DNA from: Collinsella aerofaciens
Lineage (GTDB): Bacteria > Actinomycetota > Coriobacteriia > Coriobacteriales > Coriobacteriaceae
Direction: 5' to 3'
Length of the DNA stretch: 64,000 nt
Assembly: GCA_048194085.1 (NCBI GenBank)
Contig: DBFABM010000020.1
Span: forward strand, 1,692 to 65,691
Positions 41,703 through 51,947 of the stretch are shown here, piece after piece; the first letter of the stretch is position 1, and each line of letters opens with the position of its first letter. Under the pieces are notes generated by a model. The model was given only the letters and a program-made list of their open reading frames with translations, searched no databases and was not told the origin of the DNA. The position numbers and the translations under genes were made by a program.

Positions 41703-42395
41703 ATGGTGTTCAAAATCGTTAGAACCGTCTGGCCGGTGATGCTTACCTATGTTGCAATAGGTGCGCCGTGCGGAATGATCATGGGGCAGACGGGAATGGA
41801 GCCCTGGATGGTCTTTGCCCTGAGCAGCACGTTTGTGACGGGCAGCGGCCAGTTTATGATCTGCAATCTTTGGCTGGCGGACGTGCCGGCACCTTCGATT
41901 ATCGCGAGCGTTGCCGCCATCTCCTCGCGTTTTGCGCTTTACTCGGCATCGATCGCGCCGCATCTGACGGGTGCCTCGAAGCGTCAGACGCTGGCTGTTG
42001 CCGCGACACTTACCGAGGAGGCATATGGCATCTCGCTTGCCAAGTTGGTTGAAGGGGAGGATTGGGGCCCGCGCGAGTCCTTTGTGCTCAACGTGATCCT
42101 CATCGCAACATGGGGCGTTTCGTGTACGATGGGCACCATCGTCGGCGCCGTTGTCGATGTTCCCACCGCCATTGCAGCCTTTGTCTGCACCTCGCTCTTT
42201 ATCTGCCTGCTCTTTTCGCAGCGGCTGTCGCGCGGCAACGTTGTCGCGGCGGTTTCGGGCGCGGTGTCCGTCGCCGTATGCAAGTTCTTGGGCCTCACGA
42301 ATATTGCCGTGCCGGCAAGCGTCGTGGCCGGCATTGCCATTGCGTTGGCGTGCGATGCTGTATTTGACGGAAGAGGTGCCCGCGATGCCCGTTAA
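41703..42395 (+). CDS. azlC: AzlC-family branched-chain amino acid exporter subunit
   Basis: ATG 41703. Polytopic; TFVTGSGQFM motif typical of AzlC. Followed by an overlapping azlD. Confidence 0.8.
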   Translation: MVFKIVRTVWPVMLTYVAIGAPCGMIMGQTGMEPWMVFALSSTFVTGSGQFMICNLWLADVPAPSIIASVAAISSRFALYSASIAPHLTGASKRQTLAVAATLTEEAYGISLAKLVEGEDWGPRESFVLNVILIATWGVSCTMGTIVGAVVDVPTAIAAFVCTSLFICLLFSQRLSRGNVVAAVSGAVSVAVCKFLGLTNIAVPASVVAGIAIALACDAVFDGRGARDAR

Positions 42396-42708
42396 CGAGT
42401 TCTTGGTTCTGTGGCTGTCGTCGTGGGCTGCTATCGCGTTCTTTCGCATCGCGCCGGCGTTCGCCTTGCGCGGGCGGACCCTGTCGCCCCGCATTACCGA
42501 GGCCCTGGGCTATATCCCGCCCGCTGCCTTTGCCGCGCTGGTCGCCAACGACTTGGTGAGCCCCGGCGCGTTCGACGCGGGACTCTGGCCTGCCTTGGTT
42601 CCCTGGATTGCGGCCGTCGGCGTCGTGGTCGTGGCGGTCAAGACAAAATCGATGCTGTGGTGCTGCGTCTCGGGCATCGTACTCTATATTGTCTTGAGCC
42701 TTATATAG
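42385..42708 (+). CDS. azlD: AzlD-family small membrane protein
   Basis: ATG 42385 overlaps the azlC end by 11 nt. 107 aa, 3-4 TM segments, with R.AP..L....L motif (FFRIAPAFALRGRTLSP). Confidence 0.75.
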   Translation: MPVNEFLVLWLSSWAAIAFFRIAPAFALRGRTLSPRITEALGYIPPAAFAALVANDLVSPGAFDAGLWPALVPWIAAVGVVVVAVKTKSMLWCCVSGIVLYIVLSLI

Positions 42709-42858
42709 GGGTGGCGTCGCGGGCGCCGAATCTCGTTCCATCCCAACTTGTCGAATTTTTCACCGAGCTGGTCTATTTCTTCTGGTACCATGGTCAAACT
42801 TTACTGTAGCAAAGCATGACGTGGGCTTTTGTTCCGCGTCAGCGGAAATGGGGGTTTC

Positions 42859-43881
42859 ATGGCACAGGAAGCGACTGCCAACGAGCAAAAGAAATTCAAG
42901 GTTCCGCGCATCCCGGGCGACATCATGATCTATCCGATGATCGTCGGTCTTTTGCTCAACACCTTCTGCCCGCAGGTTTTTGAGATCGGCGGCTTCTTTA
43001 CGGCTGCCTGCCGCGGTGGCTCCAATACCATCGTCGCCGCGATCCTGCTGTTCGTGGGCGCCGGCATCAGCTTTAAGTCCACGCCGGGCGCCATCAAGAC
43101 CGGTATCGTCGTGCTGATTCCCAAGCTGGTCGTCGCAGCGGCTCTCGGCCTAGGCGTGGCATATTTCTTTAACGACAACTTCCTGGGTCTGAGCTCCGTG
43201 TCTATCATCGGCGGCATTACGTTTTGCAACATGGCGCTCTATACGGGCATCATGGGCGAGTTCGGCGATGAGTCCGAGCAGGGCGCCGTCGGTATCCTGT
43301 TCTTTACGGCCGGCCCCGCCGTCACGATGATCGTCCTTGGTGTTTCGGGTCTTGCCAACATCCCTGTCGGTACTATCATCGGCTCCATTTTGCCGCTCGT
43401 TATCGGCATGGTTCTGGGCAACCTGTTCCCGTTTATCAAGATCCTGCTGGTTCCCGGCGCCAATCCCGCGATCGCCGTAATTGGTTTTCAGCTCGGTGCG
43501 TCCATGAGCCTTTCGAGCTTCATCGCCGGTGGTATTTCCGGCATCTTGCTGGGCCTTGTCACGCTGTTTGTCGTCGGTCCCATCACCTTTGCGTTCGAGC
43601 GCCTGTGCGGTGGTAACGGCAAGGCTGCCGTGGCTTGTTCCACCATCGCCGGCACGGCTATGACCACGCCGGTTGCTCTCGCCGAGGTCGCGCCGCGCTA
43701 CGCCGAGCTTGCGCCCACCGCGTACGCCCAGATCGCCACTGCCGTTATCATCACGGCAATCATGGCTCCGATTCTGACCGGCTGGGTCGACAAGAAGTTC
43801 TGCCAGGGCAAGGAGGACCTGTCGCCTGCCGGTGTCGAGGCCATCGAGGAGGCCGTCGCGACCGACATCGATGGCGAGTAA
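42859..43881 (+). CDS. kdgT: 2-keto-3-deoxygluconate permease (KdgT family)
   Basis: ATG 42859. VPRIPGDIMIYPMIVGLLLNTFCPQ N-terminus and polytopic sequence are characteristic of KdgT. Confidence 0.8.
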   Translation: MAQEATANEQKKFKVPRIPGDIMIYPMIVGLLLNTFCPQVFEIGGFFTAACRGGSNTIVAAILLFVGAGISFKSTPGAIKTGIVVLIPKLVVAAALGLGVAYFFNDNFLGLSSVSIIGGITFCNMALYTGIMGEFGDESEQGAVGILFFTAGPAVTMIVLGVSGLANIPVGTIIGSILPLVIGMVLGNLFPFIKILLVPGANPAIAVIGFQLGASMSLSSFIAGGISGILLGLVTLFVVGPITFAFERLCGGNGKAAVACSTIAGTAMTTPVALAEVAPRYAELAPTAYAQIATAVIITAIMAPILTGWVDKKFCQGKEDLSPAGVEAIEEAVATDIDGE

Positions 43882-43927
43882 CGGCCGTTACCGATAATTG
43901 ATTCCGGCGTGCAATTCGCGCCGTCCG

Positions 43928-43972
43928 AGCGCCCGAACAGAAACTGTTTTGCAGTGATGTTCGGGCGCTTTG
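43928..43972 (+). terminator. Hairpin terminator after kdgT
   Basis: AGCGCCCGAACA (43928-43939) pairs with TGTTCGGGCGCT (43958-43969), followed by TTG. Confidence 0.55.
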
Positions 43973-44052
43973 CTATGATTCCCTTTACCCCTGCGGAGTA
44001 AAGGGGTGTTTATTGCCCTGATTCGAATTGGGCGATTCTGACCATTCGGATA

Positions 44053-45213
44053 TTGAAGGGATGGCGTCTAGTGGTTAAGGCACTCAAGATTGAGATATTC
44101 CTGCTATGCATGATTGTTCTTATCGGGCTTGCCGCGCGAAGTCGTCGCTCCTTGTTCTCGAGCACCCTGCAGCTATTGTTTAGCATGCTTGGCTACACCT
44201 CTGCCGCGTACATATTATTCGATATGATCTGGACGCTTTCGGATGGTGCGGACGGCACGTTGGGTATTGCTGCCAACTGGATTTCCAACGCGGTTTCGTT
44301 TTCGCTCTTTGCCATCGCGTGTCTCATTTGGTTTATCTATTCCGAGACGATGCAGGGCTCTCGCCTTGTGACCTCGCGCTATAGGGTGGTGCTTGTAACG
44401 TTGCCTACGGCTCTGGTGGTCGTGCTGGCTTTTACCAGTTACTGGACGCACGCCTTGTTCTATATCGATTCGCAGGGCGTGTATCGTCGCGGCTTTGCCT
44501 ATATGATCCAGCCCATTGTCAGCTACTGTTACGTTATACATACGTCCCTGCATGCGTTTGTGCAATCTCGCAGGGTCGAGAGCCTGCAGACGAAGGCTAT
44601 CTATCGAACCTTGGCATTTTTCGCCATTCCGGCCCTGGTGGGCGGTACCTTTCAGATCGTATACTCGGTGCCTGGCCTTTGTGTCGGCATAATGATTAGC
44701 ATGTTGCTGCTCTACATTATCTGCCAGGAGCAACTCATCTCGACCGACCCGTTGACTGGCCTCAACAATCGCAACCGTTTTGAGACCTATATGCTGTCGC
44801 TCTTCTCAAATGTGGATCAGGCCGAAGATGTGTATCTGCTCATGATGGACGCCGACGGCTTTAAGCAGATTAACGATCGCTATGGGCATGTGGAGGGCGA
44901 CCACGCTCTTCAGGTCATATCCGCTGCGCTCAAAGAAGTCTGCTCGGCGTCTGGTGGCTTTATTGCACGTTATGGTGGCGATGAGTTCGTGGTGCTCCAA
45001 AAGGCAGCAGCGGAACAGGACATCATAGATCTGTGTTCGGCGATTAACGACGAGCTCGCGCGCGCCGAGGTTCCGTATCTGTTGCGGATGTCCATTGGCT
45101 ACGCACGGGTTGGTGATGGCGTCGATACCTGGCAAGACTTGCTTCGCGCTGCCGACGCGGAACTCTACCGCGTCAAGGCCGAGAAAAAGAAAGCCGGCGC
45201 CCAGATACGCTAG
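44053..45213 (+). CDS. Membrane-bound GGDEF-domain diguanylate cyclase
   Basis: About 6 N-terminal TM segments, then DPLTGLNNRNRF, DADGFKQINDRYGH and an intact RYGGDEF active site. Start uncertain (TTG 44053 or GTG 44071). Confidence 0.85.
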   Translation: MKGWRLVVKALKIEIFLLCMIVLIGLAARSRRSLFSSTLQLLFSMLGYTSAAYILFDMIWTLSDGADGTLGIAANWISNAVSFSLFAIACLIWFIYSETMQGSRLVTSRYRVVLVTLPTALVVVLAFTSYWTHALFYIDSQGVYRRGFAYMIQPIVSYCYVIHTSLHAFVQSRRVESLQTKAIYRTLAFFAIPALVGGTFQIVYSVPGLCVGIMISMLLLYIICQEQLISTDPLTGLNNRNRFETYMLSLFSNVDQAEDVYLLMMDADGFKQINDRYGHVEGDHALQVISAALKEVCSASGGFIARYGGDEFVVLQKAAAEQDIIDLCSAINDELARAEVPYLLRMSIGYARVGDGVDTWQDLLRAADAELYRVKAEKKKAGAQIR

Positions 45214-45258
45214 AAAAAAAGGGCGCACGACCGTTGCGATGGTCGTGCGCCCTTTTTG
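45214..45258. terminator. Bidirectional rho-independent terminator
   Basis: AAAAAAA-GGGCGCACGACC..GGTCGTGCGCCC-TTTTT (perfect 12-bp stem). Lies between the convergent GGDEF and DMT genes. Confidence 0.85.
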
Positions 45259-45404
45259 CGTTTGCGGGGGCCACCGGCCATAACGCCCAGGCGCGGTGCG
45301 GCAAGACGAGCGTCTGCCGCCGCGGCTCGGTACGAAATCAACGAGAATCAGTGTGCTCCATTGAGCTAAAGTGTGCGAACGCCCTCTTTAAAAAGGTGAG
45401 CTCG

Positions 45405-46340
45405 CTAGGCTTTTTTGGGTTTGTTGACGATGATGATGCCGCCGCAGACCAACAGCAGGGCAACGATGACGGTAATGGGGCTCGTGCCAGCGCCCTCGCC
45501 GAGCAGCAGCGCGCTCAGCAGCACACCAAAGACGGGGTTCATAAACCCAAAGACCGAGACGCGGCTGACGGGGTTGACGGCAAGCAGGCGCGACCACAGC
45601 GAGTAGGCGACGGCGGAAATGAGTGCCATATAAATGATGAGCGCGATGGCGGGGGCAATCGCCGTGGGGGAGAGCGCGCCACCCATCAAAAAGCCGATGG
45701 CGGTGAGGACCAGGCCGCCGACCAAGAACTGCCACCCGGCAAGCAAGACGCCGTCGTGCTCACGCGAGAAGATACCGATCAGGCAGGTCGAAAGGGCACC
45801 CGCGACGGTGGAGGCCAGGATAAAACCCTCGCCGTCGAGCGTAAAGCCAAAGGTGCCGTCCGCGCCCGAAAGGTTGACGAGCGCGACGCCGGCAAAGCCC
45901 AGTACGCAGCCGAGCACTTTGGCCGCATTGAGCTTCTCGGTGTGAAATGCCAGGGCGGCAAAGAGGATTGCGAGGAAGTTGGCGCTGGCCTCGATGATGG
46001 AGCTCGACATGGCGCTGGCGCGCGAGAGGCCCAGGTAGAAAAAGAAGTACTGCCCGATAGTCTGGAAGAGCGACAAGATGCAGATGGGCTTGATATCGCG
46101 CGCTTGCGGAACGAGCGGTCGGCGCTGGGCCACGCTCATGCCAACAATGACCAGCATGCCGGCAAGGGTGAAGCGCAGGCCCGCGAAGAGCAGCTGCGAG
46201 GCGCTGTCGTGCGCGGGAATACCAAAGAGGCCGTAGCCGATCTTGATGCAGGGGAAGGCGGAGCCCCAGAGCGCGCAGCAAACGAGACAGCCCAGGATGA
46301 GTCCGGGCAGGGTGGCGAGATACGGCTTGCGGCTTTCCAT
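45405..46340 (-). CDS. DMT-superfamily (EamA-like) transporter
   Basis: AGGAGAAGG RBS. Ten hydrophobic segments in two EamA-like halves. Confidence 0.85.
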   Translation of the reverse strand: MESRKPYLATLPGLILGCLVCCALWGSAFPCIKIGYGLFGIPAHDSASQLLFAGLRFTLAGMLVIVGMSVAQRRPLVPQARDIKPICILSLFQTIGQYFFFYLGLSRASAMSSSIIEASANFLAILFAALAFHTEKLNAAKVLGCVLGFAGVALVNLSGADGTFGFTLDGEGFILASTVAGALSTCLIGIFSREHDGVLLAGWQFLVGGLVLTAIGFLMGGALSPTAIAPAIALIIYMALISAVAYSLWSRLLAVNPVSRVSVFGFMNPVFGVLLSALLLGEGAGTSPITVIVALLLVCGGIIIVNKPKKA

Positions 46341-46441
46341 GATGTCCTTCTCCTATACGCGCAAAGCAAAAAAGAACCCGTCACCGGGGGTGCCGGTGGC
46401 GGGTGTTGTTACCCGAGGGGATTGTACCCGATGGAAACGTA

Positions 46442-49400
46442 TTAAGCGAAGTAGGCTACGCCGCTCTCAAAGATCGGCATGAATTTGTCGCCGGGGACAT
46501 GCTCGGGCACGTTGCAGTACAGGTTGTCGCCGCGACGCTCGGCATGGCCCATCTTGCCCAGGACACGGCCGTCGGGGCTCGTGATACCCTCGATGGCGAG
46601 TGCGGAGCCGTTGGGGTTGACGGAAAGATCCATGCTGGGCTTGCCGTCCTCGCCCACGTACTGCGTGGCGACCTGGCCGTTGGCGATAAGCTGGGCGAGT
46701 ACCTCGTCGTTGGCGACAAAGCGGCCCTCGCCGTGGCTGATGGCGACGGTGTAGGGGTCGTCCAGGCTACACTGCGACAGCCACGGGGACAGGTTGGACG
46801 AGATGCGGGTGCGAACCAGACGGCTCTGATGGCGACCGATAGTGTTGAACGTCAGCGTGGGCGCATCGGGCGTGGCGTCGACGATGTCACCGTAGGGCAC
46901 CAGGCCGAGCTTGATCAGGGCCTGGAAGCCGTTGCAGATGCCCAGCATCAGGCCATCGCGGGCCTTGAGCAGGTCGCGGACTGCCTCGGTGACTTCGGGA
47001 GCGCGGAAGAACGCCGTGATGAACTTGGCGGAGCCGTCGGGCTCGTCGCCGCCCGAGAAGCCGCCGGGGATCATGACAATCTGGCTTGCACGGATGCGGC
47101 GGGCAAGCTCGTGGGTGCTCTCGGCGACGGCCTCGGGCGTGAGGTTGTTGATCACGAAGGTGTCGGCCTCGGCGCCGGCGGCGCGGAAGGCACGGGCGCT
47201 ATCGTACTCGCAGTTGTTGCCGGGGAACACGGGGATAACCACGCGCGGGCGGGCGATCTTGGCGCCGCCGTACACGTGGATGTCCTTGGCGCGGAAGTCG
47301 ATGGTCTCGACCTCGGGGGTCTCGTCGGCGCTGCGGTAGGCAAAGACGCCCTCGATGCCGCTCTCCCAGGCCTCCTGAAGCTCGGAGAGCTCGATGACTT
47401 CGGAGCCGGTGTCGATGACATAGCCCTCGACGGTGGTGCCCAGGGGCTCGACGACAACGCCGTCGGCGACCTCGGGCAGCTCGGCATCCTCGGCGAGCTC
47501 GACGATAAAGCTGCCGTAGAGCGGGGTGAAGAGGCTCTCCACGTCTACATCCTCGGCAAGCTCGATACCGATCTGGTTACCGACGCACATCTTAAAGAGG
47601 CTCTCGGCGCCGCAGCCGTAGCCGGGCGTGGAGATGGCCAGGGCGTTGCCGTTGGCGGTGAGCGCCTCGACGGCGTCAAACGCGGCGAGCAGCTGCTGGG
47701 CGTCGGGACGGTAGTCCTCGCCATAGGTAGCGGGGGCGATGCGGACGACGCGGTGCGTGAGGCCCTTGAACTCGGGCGAGACGGCGCGGGCGGCCTTGCC
47801 CACGGCGACGGCGAAGCTGATCAGGGTCGGCGGAACGTTGAGCTCGCCGGTCTCGTCCTCAAACGAACCGCTCATGGAGTCCTTGCCGCCGATGGCGCCG
47901 GCACCCAGGTCGACTTGGGCCATGAGGGCGCCCAGGACGGCTGCCGTGGGCTTGCCCCAGCGCTCGGCCTCGGTGCGCAGACGCTCGAAGTACTCCTGGA
48001 AGGAGAGATAGGCGCGCTTGTGCTCAAAGCCGGCAGCCACGAGCTTGGCGATGGACTCGACCACGGACAGGTAGGCGCCCGCAAACTGGTCGGCCTCCAT
48101 CAGATAGGGGTTGAAGCCCCATGCCATGGCACTCGCCGTGGTGGTCTCGCCGCCCACGGGGAACTTGGCGACCATGGCCGAGCTGGGGGTGAGCTGCGTC
48201 TTGCCGCCAAAGGGCATGAGCACGGTCGCGGCGCCGATGGTGGAGTCGAAGCGCTCGGAAAGGCCCTTGTTGGAAGCGACGTTGAGGTCGGTGACGAGCG
48301 TGGTCATGCGCTCGGCGAGCGTGGTGCCGGCCCAGCTGGGCTGCCACACGCTACGGGCGCACACGTGGGCGACCTGGTGCTTGGGTGCGCCGTTGGAGTT
48401 GAGGAACTCGCGGGACAGGTCGACGATAGCGACGCCGTTCCAGGCCATGCGCATGCGCGGCTCAGCGGTAACCTCGGCGATAACGGTCGCCTCCAGGTTC
48501 TCCTCGGCGGCGTAGCCCATGAACTCCTCGACGTCACCGTCGGCGACGGCGCAGGCCATGCGCTCCTGGGACTCAGAGATAGCGAGATCGGTGCCGTCCA
48601 GGCCGTCGTACTTCTTGGTCACGGTGTCCAGGTCGACATACAGGCCGTCGGCAAGCTCGCCCACGGCGACCGAGACGCCGCCGGCGCCAAAGTCGTTGCA
48701 GCGCTTGATCAGACGGCAGGCGTCGCCGCGGCGGAACAGACGCTGCAGCTTGCGCTCGACAGGGGCGTTGCCCTTCTGGACCTCGGCACCCGAGGTCTCG
48801 ATGGACTCGGTGTTCTGGGTCTTGGAGGAGCCGGTGGCGCCACCGATGCCATCGCGGCCGGTGCGGCCGCCCAGCAGGATGATCTTGTCGGTGGGGGCGG
48901 GGCACTCGCGACGAACGTGGTTTGCCGGGGTAGCGCCCACGACGGCGCCAACCTCCATGCGCTTGGCCACGTAACCGGGGTGATAGAGTTCGTTGACCTG
49001 ACCGGTGGCAAGGCCGATCTGGTTGCCGTAGCTGGAGTAGCCGGCGGCGGCAGTGGTCACGAGCTTGCGCTGCGGCAGCTTGCCCTCGAGCGTCTCGGAA
49101 ACCGGGACGGTGGGGTCACCGGCGCCGGTGACACGCATGGCCTGGTACACGTAGCTGCGGCCCGAGAGCGGGTCGCGGATGGCGCCGCCCACGCAGGTGG
49201 CGGCACCGCCGAAGGGCTCGATCTCGGTCGGGTGGTTGTGGGTCTCGTTCTTAAACAGGAACAGCCAGTCCTGGTCCTCGCCGTCGACATCGACCTTCAC
49301 CTTGACGGTGCAGGCGTTGATCTCCTCGGACTCGTCGACATCGGTCATGATGCCGATCTTCTTAAGGTACTTGGCGCCGATGGTGCCCATGTCCATGAGG

Positions 49401-50188
49401 CAGACGGGCTTGGCGTCGCGGCCGAGTTCGTGGCGCATCTCCATGTAGCGGTCGAAGGCTTGCTGCACCACGGCGTCGTCGATCGTCACGTCGTCCAGGA
49501 CGGTGCCGAAGGTGGTGTGGCGGCAGTGGTCGGACCAGTAGGTGTCGATCACGCGGATCTCGGTGATGGTGGGGTCGCGGTCCTCATCGCGGAAGTACTG
49601 CTGGCAGAAGGCGATGTCTGCCTCGTCCATGGCAAGGCCGCGATCGGCGATAAAGGCGGCAAGGCCGGCCTCGTCGAGCTCGCGGAAGCCGTCGAGCACC
49701 TCGACGGGCTGGGGCTCGGGGGTCTCCATGTACAGCGTCTCGGGCAGGTCGAGCGAGGCGATGCGAGCCTCGACGGGGTTCACCACGTAGTGCTTGATGG
49801 CATCGATGGCGGCCTCGTCCAGAGCGCCCGAGATCATATAGACCTTGGCGGAGCGCACGGCGGGGCGCTCACCCTGGCTGATGAGCTGCACGCACTCGCT
49901 GGCGGAGTCGGCGCGCTGGTCAAACTGGCCAGGCAGGAACTCGACGGCAAAGACGGCGCCATCGCTTGCGGGGAGTTCGTCGTAGGTCACATCGACCTGG
50001 GGCTCGCTAAAGACGGTCGGCACGCAGGAGCGGAAAAGCTCCTCGTCGATGCCCTCGACGTCGTAGCGGTTGATGATCCTCAGGGCCTCGATGCCCTTGA
50101 TGCCGAGAATTTCGGTCAGCTCGCCCTTGAGCTGCTGAGCCTCGACGTCGAACCCGGGTTTCTTCTCCACGTAGATACGAGAGACCAT
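46442..50188 (-). CDS. purL: Phosphoribosylformylglycinamidine synthase, single-chain large form
   Basis: Start ATG 50188 (MVSRIYVEKKPGFDVEAQ). ETHNHPTEIEPFGGAATCVGGAIRD. C-terminal glutaminase domain (GICNGFQAL, HGEGRF). Confidence 0.95.
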   Translation of the reverse strand: MVSRIYVEKKPGFDVEAQQLKGELTEILGIKGIEALRIINRYDVEGIDEELFRSCVPTVFSEPQVDVTYDELPASDGAVFAVEFLPGQFDQRADSASECVQLISQGERPAVRSAKVYMISGALDEAAIDAIKHYVVNPVEARIASLDLPETLYMETPEPQPVEVLDGFRELDEAGLAAFIADRGLAMDEADIAFCQQYFRDEDRDPTITEIRVIDTYWSDHCRHTTFGTVLDDVTIDDAVVQQAFDRYMEMRHELGRDAKPVCLMDMGTIGAKYLKKIGIMTDVDESEEINACTVKVKVDVDGEDQDWLFLFKNETHNHPTEIEPFGGAATCVGGAIRDPLSGRSYVYQAMRVTGAGDPTVPVSETLEGKLPQRKLVTTAAAGYSSYGNQIGLATGQVNELYHPGYVAKRMEVGAVVGATPANHVRRECPAPTDKIILLGGRTGRDGIGGATGSSKTQNTESIETSGAEVQKGNAPVERKLQRLFRRGDACRLIKRCNDFGAGGVSVAVGELADGLYVDLDTVTKKYDGLDGTDLAISESQERMACAVADGDVEEFMGYAAEENLEATVIAEVTAEPRMRMAWNGVAIVDLSREFLNSNGAPKHQVAHVCARSVWQPSWAGTTLAERMTTLVTDLNVASNKGLSERFDSTIGAATVLMPFGGKTQLTPSSAMVAKFPVGGETTTASAMAWGFNPYLMEADQFAGAYLSVVESIAKLVAAGFEHKRAYLSFQEYFERLRTEAERWGKPTAAVLGALMAQVDLGAGAIGGKDSMSGSFEDETGELNVPPTLISFAVAVGKAARAVSPEFKGLTHRVVRIAPATYGEDYRPDAQQLLAAFDAVEALTANGNALAISTPGYGCGAESLFKMCVGNQIGIELAEDVDVESLFTPLYGSFIVELAEDAELPEVADGVVVEPLGTTVEGYVIDTGSEVIELSELQEAWESGIEGVFAYRSADETPEVETIDFRAKDIHVYGGAKIARPRVVIPVFPGNNCEYDSARAFRAAGAEADTFVINNLTPEAVAESTHELARRIRASQIVMIPGGFSGGDEPDGSAKFITAFFRAPEVTEAVRDLLKARDGLMLGICNGFQALIKLGLVPYGDIVDATPDAPTLTFNTIGRHQSRLVRTRISSNLSPWLSQCSLDDPYTVAISHGEGRFVANDEVLAQLIANGQVATQYVGEDGKPSMDLSVNPNGSALAIEGITSPDGRVLGKMGHAERRGDNLYCNVPEHVPGDKFMPIFESGVAYFA

Positions 50189-50372
50189 TGGTTCCTGCCT
50201 TCCTGATCGGTTGGGCGTACGGTACGGTATGCGGCAGCGGTCGGTTTGCGGGGTCTGCCCTGCGGTCGCCTTGAGCCACATGTTTGTAAACCTCACTATG
50301 ATACGACAGCTCGCGGCGCGTTGAGGACGGCGAGGGTGCTACAGTGAAGCGCAAACAAGAGAAAGGCGTCAC

Positions 50373-51935
50373 ATGGCATTCGTTTCGCTCGCCATCATCG
50401 CACTCGTGGCCTTTGCGAGTCCTTTTATCGCCTCGGCGATTCCCGGGAAACCCGTTCCCGAGACGGTCTTTTTGCTCGTGCTCGGCGCGGTGCTGGGACC
50501 CCATATGCTCGGCGTCATCCATGTAGATGCTGAGGTCTCGCTTGTGTCCGAGCTGGGCCTGGCCTTTTTGTTCCTGCTTGCCGGCTTTGAGATCGACCCC
50601 AAGAGCATCACGGGCGTCGAGGGGCGCTACGGCTTGGCGACGTGGGTCGTCACGTTTGGTATCGCCTGGCTTGCCGTGCGCTTTACCCCGTGGTTCTCAG
50701 TCAGTCATTTCGACGGTATCGCCGTGACGCTTGCCCTCACTTCGACGGCGCTCGGTACGCTCGTGCCCATTATGCGTGAGCGCTCGCTCACCGGCACGCG
50801 CGTGGGCGACTCGATTCTCGCGTATGGCACTTGGGGCGAGCTCGGTCCCGTGCTCGCCATGTCGGTGCTGTTGTCTGCCCGCACTGGCATCCAAACGCTC
50901 GTTATCCTTGGCTTGTTTGCGGTGGTTTGCGTGTTGCTGGCCGTGGTCCCGAGCCGCTCCAAGCGCGTCGGCAGCCGCTTCTTTGCGTTTGTTGAGGAGC
51001 GCGCCGATACCACGTCGCAGACCTTCGTGCGCCTGACGGTGCTCATCCTGGTCACGCTCGTGGCATTCTCGGCTGTCTTTGATCTCGACATCGTGTTGGG
51101 TTCTTTTGCCGCCGGCTTTGTCCTGCGCTATATCATCCCCGAGGGCAACCATACGCTCGAGACCAAGCTCGACGGTCTGGCCTACGGTTTTTTGATTCCG
51201 GTGTTCTTTACCGTATCGGGCGCAAAGATCGATCTGACGGCCGTGGCGTCGCGCCCGGGTCTGCTCGTGGGCTTTATCGTGGCGTTGTTGATTATTCGTG
51301 CCGTGCCCATTCTTATTTCCATGAGCATTTGTCCTGCGACGCGCGATGTGTCGGCGTATGGTCGCATTACCGTGGCCCTGTACTGCACCACGGCGCTGCC
51401 GATCATCGTTGCCGTGACGAGCGTTGCCGTCAACGCGGGCGCGCTGTCGCAAGACGTCGCATCGGTTATGGTCGCCGCCGGCGCCATCACGGTGTTCTTG
51501 ATGCCGCTGCTCGCGCAGCTCTTCTACCGCGTGGTCGATGCAGCGCCGGTCACCGCCGTGGCAGAGGTTGCCGAGCATCCATCCGATGCGCTCGACATCC
51601 TGCGCGCCCACCACGACCTAGCGAGCTTGCTCGCGCGCGAGCATGAGCTGCTGACTTCGCATGGCCATGGTCGCGTATTCGAGGGCCTGCCTACGCTCGA
51701 TACGATTGCCGAGCGTCTTTCCGCCGAGGCGGCGAGCGGCCACATCGATGCCCGCATCGTGGACGCTGCGCACCTGCTTGCCGATAAGACCTATGGAGAC
51801 GAGGTCGACCCGTCCGAGCTGACTCCGCGCGAGCGTCGCCGCCTGGAGCGCGCCAAGCTCGCCGTGCGCGAATACCGCCGCCGCATGTTGGAGCTCTATG
51901 CGCGCGATGAAGCCCAGGACGACGACGGCAAGTAG
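50373..51935 (+). CDS. Cation:proton antiporter (CPA2/Kef-type) with cytoplasmic C-terminal extension
   Basis: Polytopic Na+/H+-exchanger-like sequence (ETVFLLVLGAVLGPH, FLLAGFEID). About 120 aa of charged C-terminus. Confidence 0.85.
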   Translation: MAFVSLAIIALVAFASPFIASAIPGKPVPETVFLLVLGAVLGPHMLGVIHVDAEVSLVSELGLAFLFLLAGFEIDPKSITGVEGRYGLATWVVTFGIAWLAVRFTPWFSVSHFDGIAVTLALTSTALGTLVPIMRERSLTGTRVGDSILAYGTWGELGPVLAMSVLLSARTGIQTLVILGLFAVVCVLLAVVPSRSKRVGSRFFAFVEERADTTSQTFVRLTVLILVTLVAFSAVFDLDIVLGSFAAGFVLRYIIPEGNHTLETKLDGLAYGFLIPVFFTVSGAKIDLTAVASRPGLLVGFIVALLIIRAVPILISMSICPATRDVSAYGRITVALYCTTALPIIVAVTSVAVNAGALSQDVASVMVAAGAITVFLMPLLAQLFYRVVDAAPVTAVAEVAEHPSDALDILRAHHDLASLLAREHELLTSHGHGRVFEGLPTLDTIAERLSAEAASGHIDARIVDAAHLLADKTYGDEVDPSELTPRERRRLERAKLAVREYRRRMLELYARDEAQDDDGK

Positions 51936-51947
51936 TCGATACTCTCT

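Noticed and set aside
46403-50206. 1267-aa ORF on the plus strand covering all of purL
   Set aside because: This is a mirror ORF typical of high-GC genes. The translation is G/A/V/D/L low-complexity with no family motifs. The minus-strand purL has unambiguous FGAM synthase signatures.
50189-50372. Possible ZTP/purine riboswitch in the purL leader
   Set aside because: Reading the reverse complement, I could not find the conserved ZTP (GGGTCGTGACTGGCG / CCGCCTGGGC) or purine-riboswitch cores. An Infernal/Rfam scan would be needed to settle it.
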